DNA of 32,000 bases from Phycisphaera mikurensis NBRC 102666 (GCF_000284115.1 NC_017080.1:2820001-2852000), one strand, 5' to 3'; shown: positions 17,714 to 27,284, counted from the first letter of the stretch. Made by a program: numbers and translations. The notes: a model not told the origin generated them from the sequence alone.

Positions 17714-20026
17714 ATGGCCGAAGCCAAAGCCCACTCGCTCGAGAAGTCGCTCGGGCTGTTCGACGTCTACGCCATCACGACCGCCGGGTTCTTCTCTGCC
17801 GGCTTCTTCGTGCTCCCGGCCCTCGCGTACGACGCGGCCGGCCCCTGGTCGCTGCTCGCGTACCCGCTGGCCGCGCTGCTGATGGTGCCCTCGATGATGT
17901 CGCTGGCCGAGCTGGCGACGGCGCTGCCGCGGGCGGGCGGGCCCTACTTCTTCCTGGATCGCTCGCTGGGCCCGGCGGTGGGCACGGTCGGCGGCATCGG
18001 CACCTGGCTGGCGCTGGTGCTCAAGAGCTGCTTCGCCTTCATCGGCCTCGGGGCGTACCTGGCGGTGATGCCGATCGTCGGCGGCTGGCTGCCCGAGGAC
18101 ACGGTGGCGAACGCCTGGGCGATCAAGGGCCTCGCGGTGGCGCTGACCGTCGGCTTCGCGGTGCTCAACATCGTGGGCGCGAAGGAGACGACCAAGCTCC
18201 AGAACGCGATGGTCATCAGCGTGTCCGTGGTGCTCGCCCTCTTCATCATCAGCGGGCTCTACCACGTGCTCGCCGGCAACGCCGCGGTGCCGCTGGAGCT
18301 GCGCTTCAGCGCGGAGGACCCGACGCTCATCACCGACGGCGGCGGCCGCGGCGCCGGCGGCCTGGTGGCGGCGATCGGGCTGGTCTTCTTCACCTCGGTG
18401 GGCATCATCAAGCTGGCGTCGGTGTCCGAGGAGATCGCGGCGCCGGGCCGGAACATCCCGATCGCCATCGGGCTGTCGATCGCGACCGCGACGCTGATCA
18501 ACGCCGTCGGCGTGTTCCTGATGATCGCCGTGGAGCCGCCCGAGGAGCTCGCCCACAGCTACACGCCGGCCTACGTGGCGGCGACCTACTTCTTCACGGG
18601 GCCCTACTCCATCGGCCTGATGCTGGTGTGCCTGGCGGCCGTGGCCGCCTTCGCGGCCAGCGGCAACGCCGGCATCCTCGGCGCCTCGCGGTACCCGCTG
18701 GCGATGAGCCGCGACCGCCTGATCGGCCGCTGGTTCGGCCGGACCAGCGGCGCGGGGACGCCGCTGTCGGCGATCCTCACGACGGCCGGGGTGATGATCC
18801 TGGTGATCGTCTTCCTGGACGCCAAGAGCGTCGCGAAGCTCGCTTCGGCCTTCGTGCTGGTGGTCTTCGCGCTCATGAACCTCGCGGTGATCGTGATGCG
18901 GCAGGCCCGGATCGAGAGCTACGACCCCAACTTCCGCTCGCCGCTCTACCCGTGGACCCCGCTGCTGGGGCTGACGATCAGCGTGTGGCTGATCATGCAG
19001 ATGGGCCCGCTGTCGCTGCTGTTCTCGCTCGCGGTGGTCGTCGGCAGCGGCGTCTGGTACCTGTACTTCGCCGCCGGCAAGGTCGAGCGGCACGGGGCGA
19101 TCTTCCACTGGTTCGCGCTCCTGGGCAAGAACCAGCACGACGAGCTCGACGCCGAGTTCCGGCAGATCATGGTGGAGAAGGGCGCCCGGCAGGAGGACCC
19201 CTTTGACGACGTGGTCACGCGGGCGACGGTGCTCGAGGCGCCCGAGGGCGCGGGCTACCACGGCCTGATCGAGCTCGCCAGCGAGGTGCTCGCCAAGAAG
19301 CTCCCGCGGACGGCGTCGTTCATCACCGAGAAGTTCGTCGAGAGCGGCAACTTCGGCTTCGCGCCCATGGCCTACGGCGCGGTCCTTCCGCACTTCCGCT
19401 CGGCCGACATCGAGAAGCCGGAGCTGGTGATGATCCGCAGCGCCAAGGGCTTCGTCACCAGCTTCAAGGCCGACGCGCCGCCCGGCGACGCGGGCAGCGA
19501 CGCGAAGAAGGTCGGCTCGACCATCCACGCGATGTTCCTGCTCGTGTCGCCGGAGGCGCACCCCGGCGTCCACCTCCGCATCCTCGCCCACCTCGCCGGC
19601 CGGCTGGAGAAGGAGGACTTCATGCCGGCGTGGCTGGAGGCCGACGGCGAGCAGACGCTCAAGGAGATCCTGCTGCGCGACGAGCGCTTCGTCAGCGTCG
19701 CCGTCGAGCCCAACACGCCGGCGGCAAGCCTGATCGACCGGCCGCTGCACACGATGTCGCTGCCGCCGGACGTGCTGGTCGCGATGGTCCGCCGGCGGAA
19801 CCGCGTCTTCGTGCCCCGAGGCAGCTCGGTGCTCCGCAGCGGCGACCGGCTGACGGTGATCGGCGAACCCGCGAGCCTGCTGGAAGTTGCCAAGAAGCAC
19901 GCCGGCGCGGACGAGGCGGCGCGGGAGCGGGCGCAGATCGAGCGGGCCGCCGAGGAGCGCACCGAGCAGGCGGGGGCGGCGCCGACCGCGGACAGCCCGG
20001 CGAGCGCCGGGCACGCGGGGCGGTGA
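17714..20026 (+). CDS. APC-family amino acid permease with long cytoplasmic C-terminus including a TrkA-C/RCK-C-like domain
   Basis: LGLFDVYAITTAGFFSAGFFVLPALAYDAAGP... multi-TM; C-term NRVFVPRGSSVLRSGDRLTVIGEPASLLEVAKKH. Confidence 0.88.
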   Translation: MAEAKAHSLEKSLGLFDVYAITTAGFFSAGFFVLPALAYDAAGPWSLLAYPLAALLMVPSMMSLAELATALPRAGGPYFFLDRSLGPAVGTVGGIGTWLALVLKSCFAFIGLGAYLAVMPIVGGWLPEDTVANAWAIKGLAVALTVGFAVLNIVGAKETTKLQNAMVISVSVVLALFIISGLYHVLAGNAAVPLELRFSAEDPTLITDGGGRGAGGLVAAIGLVFFTSVGIIKLASVSEEIAAPGRNIPIAIGLSIATATLINAVGVFLMIAVEPPEELAHSYTPAYVAATYFFTGPYSIGLMLVCLAAVAAFAASGNAGILGASRYPLAMSRDRLIGRWFGRTSGAGTPLSAILTTAGVMILVIVFLDAKSVAKLASAFVLVVFALMNLAVIVMRQARIESYDPNFRSPLYPWTPLLGLTISVWLIMQMGPLSLLFSLAVVVGSGVWYLYFAAGKVERHGAIFHWFALLGKNQHDELDAEFRQIMVEKGARQEDPFDDVVTRATVLEAPEGAGYHGLIELASEVLAKKLPRTASFITEKFVESGNFGFAPMAYGAVLPHFRSADIEKPELVMIRSAKGFVTSFKADAPPGDAGSDAKKVGSTIHAMFLLVSPEAHPGVHLRILAHLAGRLEKEDFMPAWLEADGEQTLKEILLRDERFVSVAVEPNTPAASLIDRPLHTMSLPPDVLVAMVRRRNRVFVPRGSSVLRSGDRLTVIGEPASLLEVAKKHAGADEAARERAQIERAAEERTEQAGAAPTADSPASAGHAGR

Positions 20027-20062
20027 GGCCACGCCGCCCGCCGGGAGCACCGGCGGGCGTTC

Positions 20063-20108
20063 CCGCGGACCGTCGGGCTCAGGCCCCCAGGAGCTCGACG
20101 GTCCGCGG
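20063..20108. repeat. 46-nt palindromic element, copy 4 (spans the stop of the DUF1810 gene)
   Basis: CCGCGGACCG (20063-20072), N26, CGGTCCGCGG (20099-20108); complementarity continues inward (TCGGGCTC / GAGCTCGA). Confidence 0.88.
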
Positions 20109-20498
20109 GTCCTCTTCCCCGTGGAAGAAGGTTTCCAGCACGCCGCGGAAGGGCTCCGGCTCCCCGGCGACGCGGGCGAAGAGCGTGGCGGAGGAGCGGA
20201 GCTTGGCGGCGTCGGTGGACCCGAGCATGCCGGCGGCGTCCTTGTCGCGGTGGCCGAGAACGAGGCCGCAGGCCTGGAGCAGCCTCGGTCCGAGCACGGG
20301 GTGGGCGAGGTAGGCCTCGGCCTCGGTCCGGTCGGCGATCGCGTAGTGCCGGGCGGTCTCGCTGGTGCCCAGGCCCGCGAGCTGCGGGAAGACGTACCAC
20401 ATCCAGTGCGTGGTCTTCTGCCCGGCGGCCAGCTCGGCGACGACGTCGCCCCACTGCGGGTCCTGGGCGTCCACGAAGCGTTCGAGGCCGTCGTTCAT
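20079..20498 (-). CDS. DUF1810-family protein
   Basis: MNDGLERFVDAQDPQWGDVVAELAAGQKTTHWMWYVFPQLAGLGTSETARHYAIADRTEAEAYLAHPVLGPRL, typical of the family. Confidence 0.88.
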   Translation of the reverse strand: MNDGLERFVDAQDPQWGDVVAELAAGQKTTHWMWYVFPQLAGLGTSETARHYAIADRTEAEAYLAHPVLGPRLLQACGLVLGHRDKDAAGMLGSTDAAKLRSSATLFARVAGEPEPFRGVLETFFHGEEDPRTVELLGA

Positions 20499-20567
20499 GA
20501 GCCGACGGTACCCGGCGGCCGTGCCGATTCCGCTGGCGGCGACGCCGCGGCGCCGGACACTGGTTCC

Positions 20568-20897
20568 GTGCCGCCGCCCGCCGTCCCCCGCCTGCTCGTC
20601 CTGGTCGCAGCCGCCGCCGGCTCCGGCTGCGTCACGGCGACGCCGGCGACGCCGGCCCCGGGCGACGCCGGCGCGGGCCCGGCGGTGCTGCCGGGCACGC
20701 CCGCCCCGCGGGCGGGGGCCTGGTACGCCAGCCGGCTCGACGGCGGCCGCGGCGTGTTCGCGGGGCACGAGGGCCCGGTGCTGGCGACGCGGACCACGCG
20801 GACCCGCGGCGGGCTGCGCGTCGGCGCCGACGGCCGCGTCCGCGACACGCTGTCGACGAGCACGCGGGGCGAGTCGGTGGTCCAAGGCGTCCGCTGA
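20568..20897 (+). CDS. Small putative lipoprotein, paralog A
   Basis: (GTG)PPPAVPRLLVLVAAAAGSGCVTATPATPA... WYASRLDGGRGVFAGHEGPVLATRTTRTRGGLRVGADGRVRDTLSTSTRG; lipobox-like GSGC. Confidence 0.6.
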   Translation: MPPPAVPRLLVLVAAAAGSGCVTATPATPAPGDAGAGPAVLPGTPAPRAGAWYASRLDGGRGVFAGHEGPVLATRTTRTRGGLRVGADGRVRDTLSTSTRGESVVQGVR

Positions 20898-20926
20898 GCC
20901 GCGCGGCCGGGGCGTAGGGTCCGCCC

Positions 20927-21244
20927 ATGCACCGCCTCGCCGCCGTCTGCGCCTGCCTGCTCCCGCTGCCGGGCTGCCTCACGCCGCCGCCGGAGCCGGC
21001 GCCCGCCGCACCGCCGCCGGCCCCCGCGGGTGTGGTGCTGCCCGGCGGGGCCGACGGCGCCAAGGCCGCCTGGTACGACGACCGGCGGGACGGCGAGTCC
21101 GAGGTCGTCGCCGGCCCCGCCGTGGCCGAGCGGACGCAGAGCGTCACCCGCACGCGCGGCGGCCTGAACGTGACGGCCTCGGGCGAGGTCCGCGACACGC
21201 TGGACCGGCGGACCCGCCGCACGCGGGTGCGCACGGCGGAGTGA
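20927..21244 (+). CDS. Small putative lipoprotein, paralog B
   Basis: MHRLAAVCACLLPLPGCLTPPPEPA... WYDDRRDGESEVVAGPAVAERTQSVTRTRGGLNVTASGEVRDTLDRRTR; lipobox-like LPGC. Confidence 0.65.
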   Translation: MHRLAAVCACLLPLPGCLTPPPEPAPAAPPPAPAGVVLPGGADGAKAAWYDDRRDGESEVVAGPAVAERTQSVTRTRGGLNVTASGEVRDTLDRRTRRTRVRTAE

Positions 21245-21274
21245 TCCGCGGCCCGGGTTCCCGCCGCCGGTGCC

Positions 21275-21577
21275 TCAGGCCGGCGGCTCGGCGAGCATGC
21301 CGGCGAGGCGGGCGGCTTCGTAGAGGGTCGCCCGGGTGATCTCGATCATCACCGAAGGCGGCCACTGGAGCGTGGGATCGTTGCGGTAGGCCTCGGGCAC
21401 GACCGAGAGCGTGAAGCGGCGGACGGCTTCCTCCACCTCGCCGCGGCGGCGGCGGTGGGCGGCCTCGTCGCCGCCTCGCAGCGGCTCGCGGACGTCGCGG
21501 GCGAGCATGATCGTGTTGACCTGCCAGTCGAAGTAGCCCTGCAGCGGGTTGTCCTGCTCGCTCGCGTGATCAACCAC
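21275..21577 (-). CDS. Hypothetical protein overlapping the hisA 3' end by 8 nt
   Basis: MVDHASEQDNPLQGYFDWQVNTIMLARDVREPL..., overlap typical of a co-transcribed gene. Confidence 0.6.
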   Translation of the reverse strand: MVDHASEQDNPLQGYFDWQVNTIMLARDVREPLRGGDEAAHRRRRGEVEEAVRRFTLSVVPEAYRNDPTLQWPPSVMIEITRATLYEAARLAGMLAEPPA

Positions 21578-22310
21578 CGCTGGCCTCCCCCTCGTAGGCG
21601 GCGACGCCCTCGGCGACGGTGAAGCGGTCTTCGTAGAGCGCCCGGCCGACGATCGCGCCCTGCAGCGGAAGCTCCGCGAGCCGCTTGAGGTCGTCGAGCG
21701 TGCCGACGCCGCCGGAGGAAACCACCGGCACCGCGGTGGCGGCGGCGATCTCGGCGGTGGCCTCCAGGTTGGGCCCCGCGAGCGTCCCGTCGGTGGCGAC
21801 GTCGGTGTAGACGATCGCGGCGAGCGGCCAGTCGCTGACGGCCCTCGCCAGCCCCAGCGCCGTCCGCTCGGAGGTCTGCTCCCAGCCCGAAACCGCCGCG
21901 TGGCCCGCCTTCGCGTCCAGCCCGAGCACGAGCTTGTCGCGGTAGCCGGGGTTGCTCATCAGCCCCTCGAACCACGACCACCGCTCGATGGCGGCGGTGC
22001 CGAGGATGACCCGCTCAACCCCGACCGAGAGCAGCGCGTCGATGGCGGCCTCGTCGCGGACGCCGCCGCCGACCTCCAGGCGGATGCCGGGGATGGCGGC
22101 GACTTCGCGGATCTCCCGGAGGTGCTTGACGCGGCCGGCCCGGGCCCCGTCGAGGTCGACCAGGTGGACCCAGGTGGCGCCGGCGTCGGCGTAGGCCTGC
22201 GCCTGCTCGGCCGCGGACACGCCGTAGGTCGTCTGCTGGTCGTAGTCGCCGCGCAGCAGCCGGACGACCTTGCCCCCGCGCAGGTCGATCGAGGGGAAGA
22301 GGAAGCGCAT
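21570..22310 (-). CDS. hisA: Phosphoribosylformimino-5-aminoimidazole carboxamide ribotide isomerase
   Basis: MRFLFPSIDLRGGKVVRLLRGDYDQQTTY... GGVRDEAAIDALLSVGVERVILGTAA... VPVVSSGGVGTLDDLKRL. Confidence 0.95.
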   Translation of the reverse strand: MRFLFPSIDLRGGKVVRLLRGDYDQQTTYGVSAAEQAQAYADAGATWVHLVDLDGARAGRVKHLREIREVAAIPGIRLEVGGGVRDEAAIDALLSVGVERVILGTAAIERWSWFEGLMSNPGYRDKLVLGLDAKAGHAAVSGWEQTSERTALGLARAVSDWPLAAIVYTDVATDGTLAGPNLEATAEIAAATAVPVVSSGGVGTLDDLKRLAELPLQGAIVGRALYEDRFTVAEGVAAYEGEASGG

Positions 22311-22357
22311 CGGCGGAGAACGTAGCAGGCCCGGCCCGCGGCCACGGCGGCGGCCGG

Positions 22358-23026
22358 CTATCGGTTCAGCCGCCCGAGCAGCGAGCGGGCGGCGGCGCCG
22401 CGGTGGGAGAGGGCGTCCTTCTCGCGGGGCTCCAGCTCGGCGGCGGTGCGGCCGTCGGGCAGGACGAACAGCGGGTCGTAGCCGAAGCCGTTGGAGCCGC
22501 GGCCGGCGGCGGGCCGTGCCGGATCGGCCGCCTCGGAGGGCAGGAGGATCCGGCCCTCCAGCTCGCCGCGGACCGTGAGGGTCGTGGGGCCCGGAGCCGC
22601 GTGGTCCGCGGATCCGGGCGCGGGGTGTACGGCGAGGACGCAGACGTAGCGGGCCCCGCGTCGCGAAAGCGGCACGCCCGCCAGCTCGTCGAGCAGCTTG
22701 GCGTTGTTGGCGGGATCGACCCGGTCGCGGCTGCCGCGGACGCCGCTGTAGCGGGCGCTACGCACGCCGGGACGCCCGCCGATCGCGTCCACCTCGATGC
22801 CGCTGTCGTCGGCGACGACGGTGCGGCCGGTCTGCTCCGCGTAGCCGCGGGCTTTGAGCACGGCGTTGCCCTCGAAGGTGTCGGCGTCCTCCACCGGGTC
22901 AACGAGCGACTCCGCGGTGGCGGCGTCGAGCGTGGCGATGGTGTCCCAGCCGGCGGCGAGGTCGCCGAGCACGGCCCGCAGCTCCGCGAGCTTGTGCGGG
23001 CTGGTGGTGGCGAGCAGCCATCTCAT
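22358..23026 (-). CDS. rdgB: XTP/dITP diphosphatase (RdgB/HAM1)
   Basis: MRWLLATTSPHKLAELRAVLGD... TVVADDSGIEVDAIGGRPGVRSARYSG... GSNGFGYDPLFVLPDGRTAAELEPREKDALSHRG. Confidence 0.95.
   Translation of the reverse strand: MRWLLATTSPHKLAELRAVLGDLAAGWDTIATLDAATAESLVDPVEDADTFEGNAVLKARGYAEQTGRTVVADDSGIEVDAIGGRPGVRSARYSGVRGSRDRVDPANNAKLLDELAGVPLSRRGARYVCVLAVHPAPGSADHAAPGPTTLTVRGELEGRILLPSEAADPARPAAGRGSNGFGYDPLFVLPDGRTAAELEPREKDALSHRGAAARSLLGRLNR
22566..22611. repeat. 46-nt palindromic element, copy 5 (inside rdgB)
   Basis: CCGCGGACCG (22566-22575), N26, TGGTCCGCGG (22602-22611; 9/10 in the right core). Confidence 0.8.
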
Positions 23027-23064
23027 CGAGCGGTTCCCGCAGGGGTTCGGGGGGCGGCGCAAAG

Positions 23065-23095
23065 AAGCGGCCGCTCCGGGCGGGAGCGGCCGCTT
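23065..23095 (-). terminator. Intrinsic terminator-like hairpin downstream of small lipoprotein gene
   Basis: AAGCGGCCGCTCC-GGGCG-GGAGCGGCCGCTT, 13-bp perfect arms. Confidence 0.75.
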
Positions 23096-23135
23096 GATTC
23101 GGTGTGCGGCGGCCGGAGGCGCCGCGCGAGCCGGC

Positions 23136-23414
23136 TCACATGCCGGTCTCTTCCTCGACCTCCTGGGCGGCCTCGGACTCGCCGGCCATCGTGTCGCCCT
23201 CCTCGGGGATGTCCAGGCCCACGGTCGGGACCTCGATGGTGGTCGTGCCGGTCTCCAGGTCCGGGCCCTCGACGTCGAGCTCGGGCATCTCGCCGCCCTC
23301 GACCGAGACCTCGGGCAGAGCGCCCGACTCCGCGTCGACGTCGCAGCCGGCGAGGCTGAAGGCGGAGACCGCGAGGGCGGCGGCGAGGAGCGTGGTGGGG
23401 GTGCTGATCTTCAT
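23136..23414 (-). CDS. Small acidic putative lipoprotein
   Basis: MKISTPTTLLAAALAVSAFSLAGCDVDAESGALPEVS..., lipobox LAGC. Confidence 0.75.
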   Translation of the reverse strand: MKISTPTTLLAAALAVSAFSLAGCDVDAESGALPEVSVEGGEMPELDVEGPDLETGTTTIEVPTVGLDIPEEGDTMAGESEAAQEVEEETGM

Positions 23415-23686
23415 GGTGTTTCCTTGAAAAGGTGGAACGGGCGGGGGATCCGCCAGATGGCCGCGGCCTCTGCCTGGGCCAGGAGTCAGGAAATCCCCTG
23501 CCCCTTTGCAACCGCAGCATAGACGGCTTGAGAGGGTGGTGCCACTTGCTCGGCGCAGCGGGGGCGTTGGCGGGGGCGGGGGCGTGGGTCGGGAGCGAGC
23601 GGAGAAGCCACGAGAAGTGCGGGAGCGAGCGACTCAGGCAGAAGCAGCCGCCGCGGCGTCTCGCGCCACCGCCGCGCCCGCTCCGG

Positions 23687-25396
23687 CTACCGCCACCAAT
23701 CCAGGTCGATCTTCTCGAAGATCACGTCGTGCAGGTCCGCGTCCCGGATCGCGTGCCGCTCCACCTCGGTCAGCGTCTTGAGGTAGCCGCGGTCCCCGGC
23801 GGCCTTCTCTGCCAGGTCCGTCAGCGTCTCGAAGCGGGCGACGTGGAGGATGAAGCGCTTGATGCCGTAGTCCACGGCCTGCCCGCGGCGGATGACGAAC
23901 GGCCAGTCGCTGGCCTGCAGCAGCAGCAGCTCGCGGCCCGCCTTCTCCAGCAGCTCGCGCACTTCCGGATCTCCGGCGTGGTCGAGCTCGTGGATCAGGC
24001 GGAGGAACGTGCCCTCGCACCGGTACTCGATCTCCCACATCCAGTCGACCTGCTCGTTGGTCCAGACGCGGTGATCGCCCTCCTCGCCCCACGATCCCTC
24101 GGGCAGCGTCACGACCTTGTCGACGAAGTGGTCGTCGAGGAACGCGGCCGTCGTCGAGAGCTCCACCTCGGGATCGGCGGAGAGCGTGAGCATCACGTCG
24201 CGGATGAAGTCGACCCCCTCGGCCCACCAGTGGCCGAAGAGCTCGGCGTCGAAGGTGCAGGTGACCATGCCCGCCTTGCCGGTGAGCTCCCGGTGCTTCC
24301 GCAGGCGGTCCTTCACCGAGTTGATGAAGTGCTGGCTGTGCTCGAAGATCTTCGCGGGCACGTCGTCGGGCACGTAGAGGTGCTTGTCGCCCAGATCGCA
24401 CTTGGAGCCGGTGATCTTCCAGTATTTCAGCCCGCGGCGCGGCCCCCACTGCTTGTGGAACTCCAGGTAGGTGCCGTCGGCGGGGTAGCCGATGGTGCCC
24501 GACCAGACCTTCTCGCAGACCTCCTGGTCGCGCCCGATCGCCCAGAGCCGGGCGAGCCCGTTCCCGTCGGAGTTGACGCCATGGGCCTCGTTCACGCTGC
24601 GCCAGCCGCGGCTGGGGTAGCTGGTGGCCTCGTCCCAGCCGACGTTGCACCACATGCCGTCGTTGAAGACCTGCTCCGAGCGGGATTGCTCGATGAGGTG
24701 GCTCTCCACGAAGAAGTGGTGGATCCCTTCGTCGGCCGCGAGGTGCTCGAGGCCGCACCGCACGCGGGGCTTGCCCCAGGGGATCGGCGGCTCCCAGACG
24801 CCGTTGGGCCGGTAGGCACACTCGGGGAACCACATGCCCCCGGGCCGGTGGCCCAGCACCCGCTCGCTGGTGGCCAGGCCGGCGCGGATCTGCCCGCGGA
24901 TCGCGTCGTCGGTGTTGAGCAGCGGCATGTAAGCGTGGGTCGCGTTGGAGGTCAGAACCTCCAGCCGGCCCTCCCGGGCGTGCTTGGCGTACGCGGCGGG
25001 GATGTCGCGCCCGAGTTGCTCGAACTGCGTCGAGAGCCCGCGGTAGAAATCCTTCCAGCGCTCCGCGAGGTACTTGAGGTGCCCGTTGCCGAGCTTCTCG
25101 AACTCCGCGACGTCGTCGGCCGCTTTCTGTGCCCGGTCCTTGAGGTACGCCTCGAAGCCGGTCTTGAAGACTTCGTGGTCGAGCTGTTCGAGGAGCACCG
25201 GCGTCAGGCCCATCGTCATCCGCGGCTGCGCGTTCATGAACACGCAGTGGTCGAGCATGCCCAGAAGGGGCAGGTACGTCTCCGCCGCCGCTTCGTAGAG
25301 CCAGTCCTCCCCATGGGGCCAGGTGCCGTGCCGAAGCACGTACGGCAGGTGCCCGTGGAGCACAAGACAGAAACTCCCGAGCGTTTCGTTGGACAT
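23687..25396 (-). CDS. Glycoside hydrolase family 57 / DUF1957-type 1,4-alpha-glucan branching enzyme-like protein
   Basis: GSFCLVLHGHLPYVLRHGTWPHGEDWLYEAAAETYLPLL... GMWFPECAYRP... FDAELFGHWWAEG. Confidence 0.9.
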   Translation of the reverse strand: MSNETLGSFCLVLHGHLPYVLRHGTWPHGEDWLYEAAAETYLPLLGMLDHCVFMNAQPRMTMGLTPVLLEQLDHEVFKTGFEAYLKDRAQKAADDVAEFEKLGNGHLKYLAERWKDFYRGLSTQFEQLGRDIPAAYAKHAREGRLEVLTSNATHAYMPLLNTDDAIRGQIRAGLATSERVLGHRPGGMWFPECAYRPNGVWEPPIPWGKPRVRCGLEHLAADEGIHHFFVESHLIEQSRSEQVFNDGMWCNVGWDEATSYPSRGWRSVNEAHGVNSDGNGLARLWAIGRDQEVCEKVWSGTIGYPADGTYLEFHKQWGPRRGLKYWKITGSKCDLGDKHLYVPDDVPAKIFEHSQHFINSVKDRLRKHRELTGKAGMVTCTFDAELFGHWWAEGVDFIRDVMLTLSADPEVELSTTAAFLDDHFVDKVVTLPEGSWGEEGDHRVWTNEQVDWMWEIEYRCEGTFLRLIHELDHAGDPEVRELLEKAGRELLLLQASDWPFVIRRGQAVDYGIKRFILHVARFETLTDLAEKAAGDRGYLKTLTEVERHAIRDADLHDVIFEKIDLDWWR

Positions 25397-25455
25397 GCGG
25401 AAAGCCTACCCGGCTGCTCCCGCGGGGGCCCGAAGTCCGCCGTGGGCGGGCGCTT

Positions 25456-25501
25456 CCGCGGACCGCCACGTCTTTCTGCCCGGGCGGCCGACGGTCCGCG
25501 G
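25456..25501. repeat. 46-nt palindromic element, copy 6
   Basis: CCGCGGACCG (25456-25465), N26, CGGTCCGCGG (25492-25501); between the DUF11-like gene end and the GH57 gene start. Confidence 0.85.
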
Positions 25502-25586
25502 CGCAGGACAACGCCCGCCCGCGGGGAGCGGCCGGGCGTCGGATCGGTGCGGGTGGGCGGGTCCCGCCCGGGGCCGGCGTGTCCGC

Positions 25587-27284
25587 TTAGAAGGCGGTCG
25601 TCGGCTCGGTCTCCTCGGCGTCGGCGAGGTTGTCCGACTTCACGTTCAGCGTGAACTTCACGCGGCCGGGCTGCTCGGCCCGAGCGACGACCTCGAAGTA
25701 GATCTCTTCACCGGCGTCGAGCGACTCGTAGACCGGCAGCGAGAGCTCGCCGTTCTCGTTGGTGACGTCCTCGGAGCCGGAGACGAAGGCGAAGCCCTCG
25801 GGCAGCTGGCCGGTGATCGTCAGGTTCGTGTCGGCGGCGTTGCCCTCGTTGATGATGCGGACGCGGTAGGTGGTCTCGGCGCCGACCTCCACGGGGTCCT
25901 GCGTGTCGATGGTCTCCAGCTGCAGGGCCGGGATGCCGACCACGGACAGCTGCACGGGCTTCTCGAGCCGCACGGCGCAGTAGCCGTTGGCCACGGCGAC
26001 GCCGCTGTAGTCGCCGGGCGACGCGGGGCGGAAGGTCACGCCGACGGTGCGGCTCTCGCCGGGGGCGAGCTCGTCGATCAGGATGCCGCCGTCGGCGACG
26101 GTCAGGCTCGCGTCGTTGAGCGAGACGCGCTGGGCGTCGGCGGGCAGCGGGAGCGTCACCACGACGTCCCGGGCGGGCACGTCGGAAACGTTCTCGACGA
26201 CGGCCTCGATGGAGACGTCGCGGCCGAAGAACTGCTCGCCGGGCGAGCGGACCTGCAGCGTCAGCTCGGGCTTCATGAGCGTGAGCGGGCTGGAGCCGGA
26301 GAGGTCGCTGACGCGGTCACCGGTGCCGATGGCCCGGCCGAACACGTCCATCATGCCGGAACGCTGGATCTTCGCCTGCTCGAGGTCCAGCTGCACCGGC
26401 TCGCTCTCGAAGGTCTCGCCGGCGCCGATCGGGTCGACGTCCAGCGAGATGCTCCGCTGCCCGTCGGCCGCGACGAGGCCCTGCGGGAGCTCCTCGTTGA
26501 CGGTGATCCGGCCCGTCTCGCCGGTACCGACGTTCTGGAGGCGGTACATCACGAACACGTCGTCGCAGAGGTAGGCCTGCGAGACGGGGTTGCCCTCGGC
26601 GTCGACGAAGAGATGCTCCATCGTGACCTGCGGGGCCACCACCTGGATCGGGGCGCACTCGGCGGCGGAGTAGTCGGCCCACACGCAGCTGTGCAGCTGG
26701 CCCTCGCCGCCGGGGCGGCCCGCGATCGTGACCTCCCGGCTGTCGCCGGGCATCAGCACGCCGATGTTGAAGGACTGCTCGGCCATCTGCTGGTCGCCAC
26801 GCTCGCCCTTCTGCACGCCTTGCGGCACCTTCACCTCGGAGGGGGTGTTGGTCTGCACGACCTGGAAGTCGCCGATCATCGCGTGGTGCAGCACCACGTT
26901 GTGGAGGATCTTGTCGCTGTTGTTGCTCGCCTTGAGCGTGAAGCGGTTCTCGCTGTTGGCGAAGACCTGCTCGGGCATCATCCGCTCGATGGTGAGCAGC
27001 TCGCCGGCGCCGACCTCGGCGGTGGTGCCGGTGGACACGGTCCGCTCGGTGTCGGAAGCAGGCTGGGCCTGGGCGTGCGCGGCGTGGTCGTGCACGCCGT
27101 AAGCGGCGGGGGCGACGGCGGCGACCTCGGCGGTGGCCGGGGCGACGACCGGGGTCACCGGCACGGCGGTGACGGCGGCCTCGGTGGCGGGCCGGTTGTC
27201 GCAGGCGCCCACGAAGGCGGCGGAGACCGCGAGGGCGGTGAGGCCGGCGGCGTGGGAGGAGATGCGGAAGGGGCTGTTCATCAT
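25587..27284 (-). CDS. Secreted protein with repeated DUF11-like domains
   Basis: Lipoprotein-like signal ... FVGACDNRP; repeated ENRFTLKASNNSDKILHNVVL, TYRVRIINEGNAADTNLTITGQLPEGFAFV, EIYFEVVARAEQPG. Confidence 0.82.
   Translation of the reverse strand: MMNSPFRISSHAAGLTALAVSAAFVGACDNRPATEAAVTAVPVTPVVAPATAEVAAVAPAAYGVHDHAAHAQAQPASDTERTVSTGTTAEVGAGELLTIERMMPEQVFANSENRFTLKASNNSDKILHNVVLHHAMIGDFQVVQTNTPSEVKVPQGVQKGERGDQQMAEQSFNIGVLMPGDSREVTIAGRPGGEGQLHSCVWADYSAAECAPIQVVAPQVTMEHLFVDAEGNPVSQAYLCDDVFVMYRLQNVGTGETGRITVNEELPQGLVAADGQRSISLDVDPIGAGETFESEPVQLDLEQAKIQRSGMMDVFGRAIGTGDRVSDLSGSSPLTLMKPELTLQVRSPGEQFFGRDVSIEAVVENVSDVPARDVVVTLPLPADAQRVSLNDASLTVADGGILIDELAPGESRTVGVTFRPASPGDYSGVAVANGYCAVRLEKPVQLSVVGIPALQLETIDTQDPVEVGAETTYRVRIINEGNAADTNLTITGQLPEGFAFVSGSEDVTNENGELSLPVYESLDAGEEIYFEVVARAEQPGRVKFTLNVKSDNLADAEETEPTTAF

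Noticed and set aside
16646-20050. 1134-aa minus-strand ORF
   Set aside because: Antisense of the glycosylase and permease; His/Arg/Gln-rich shadow translation.
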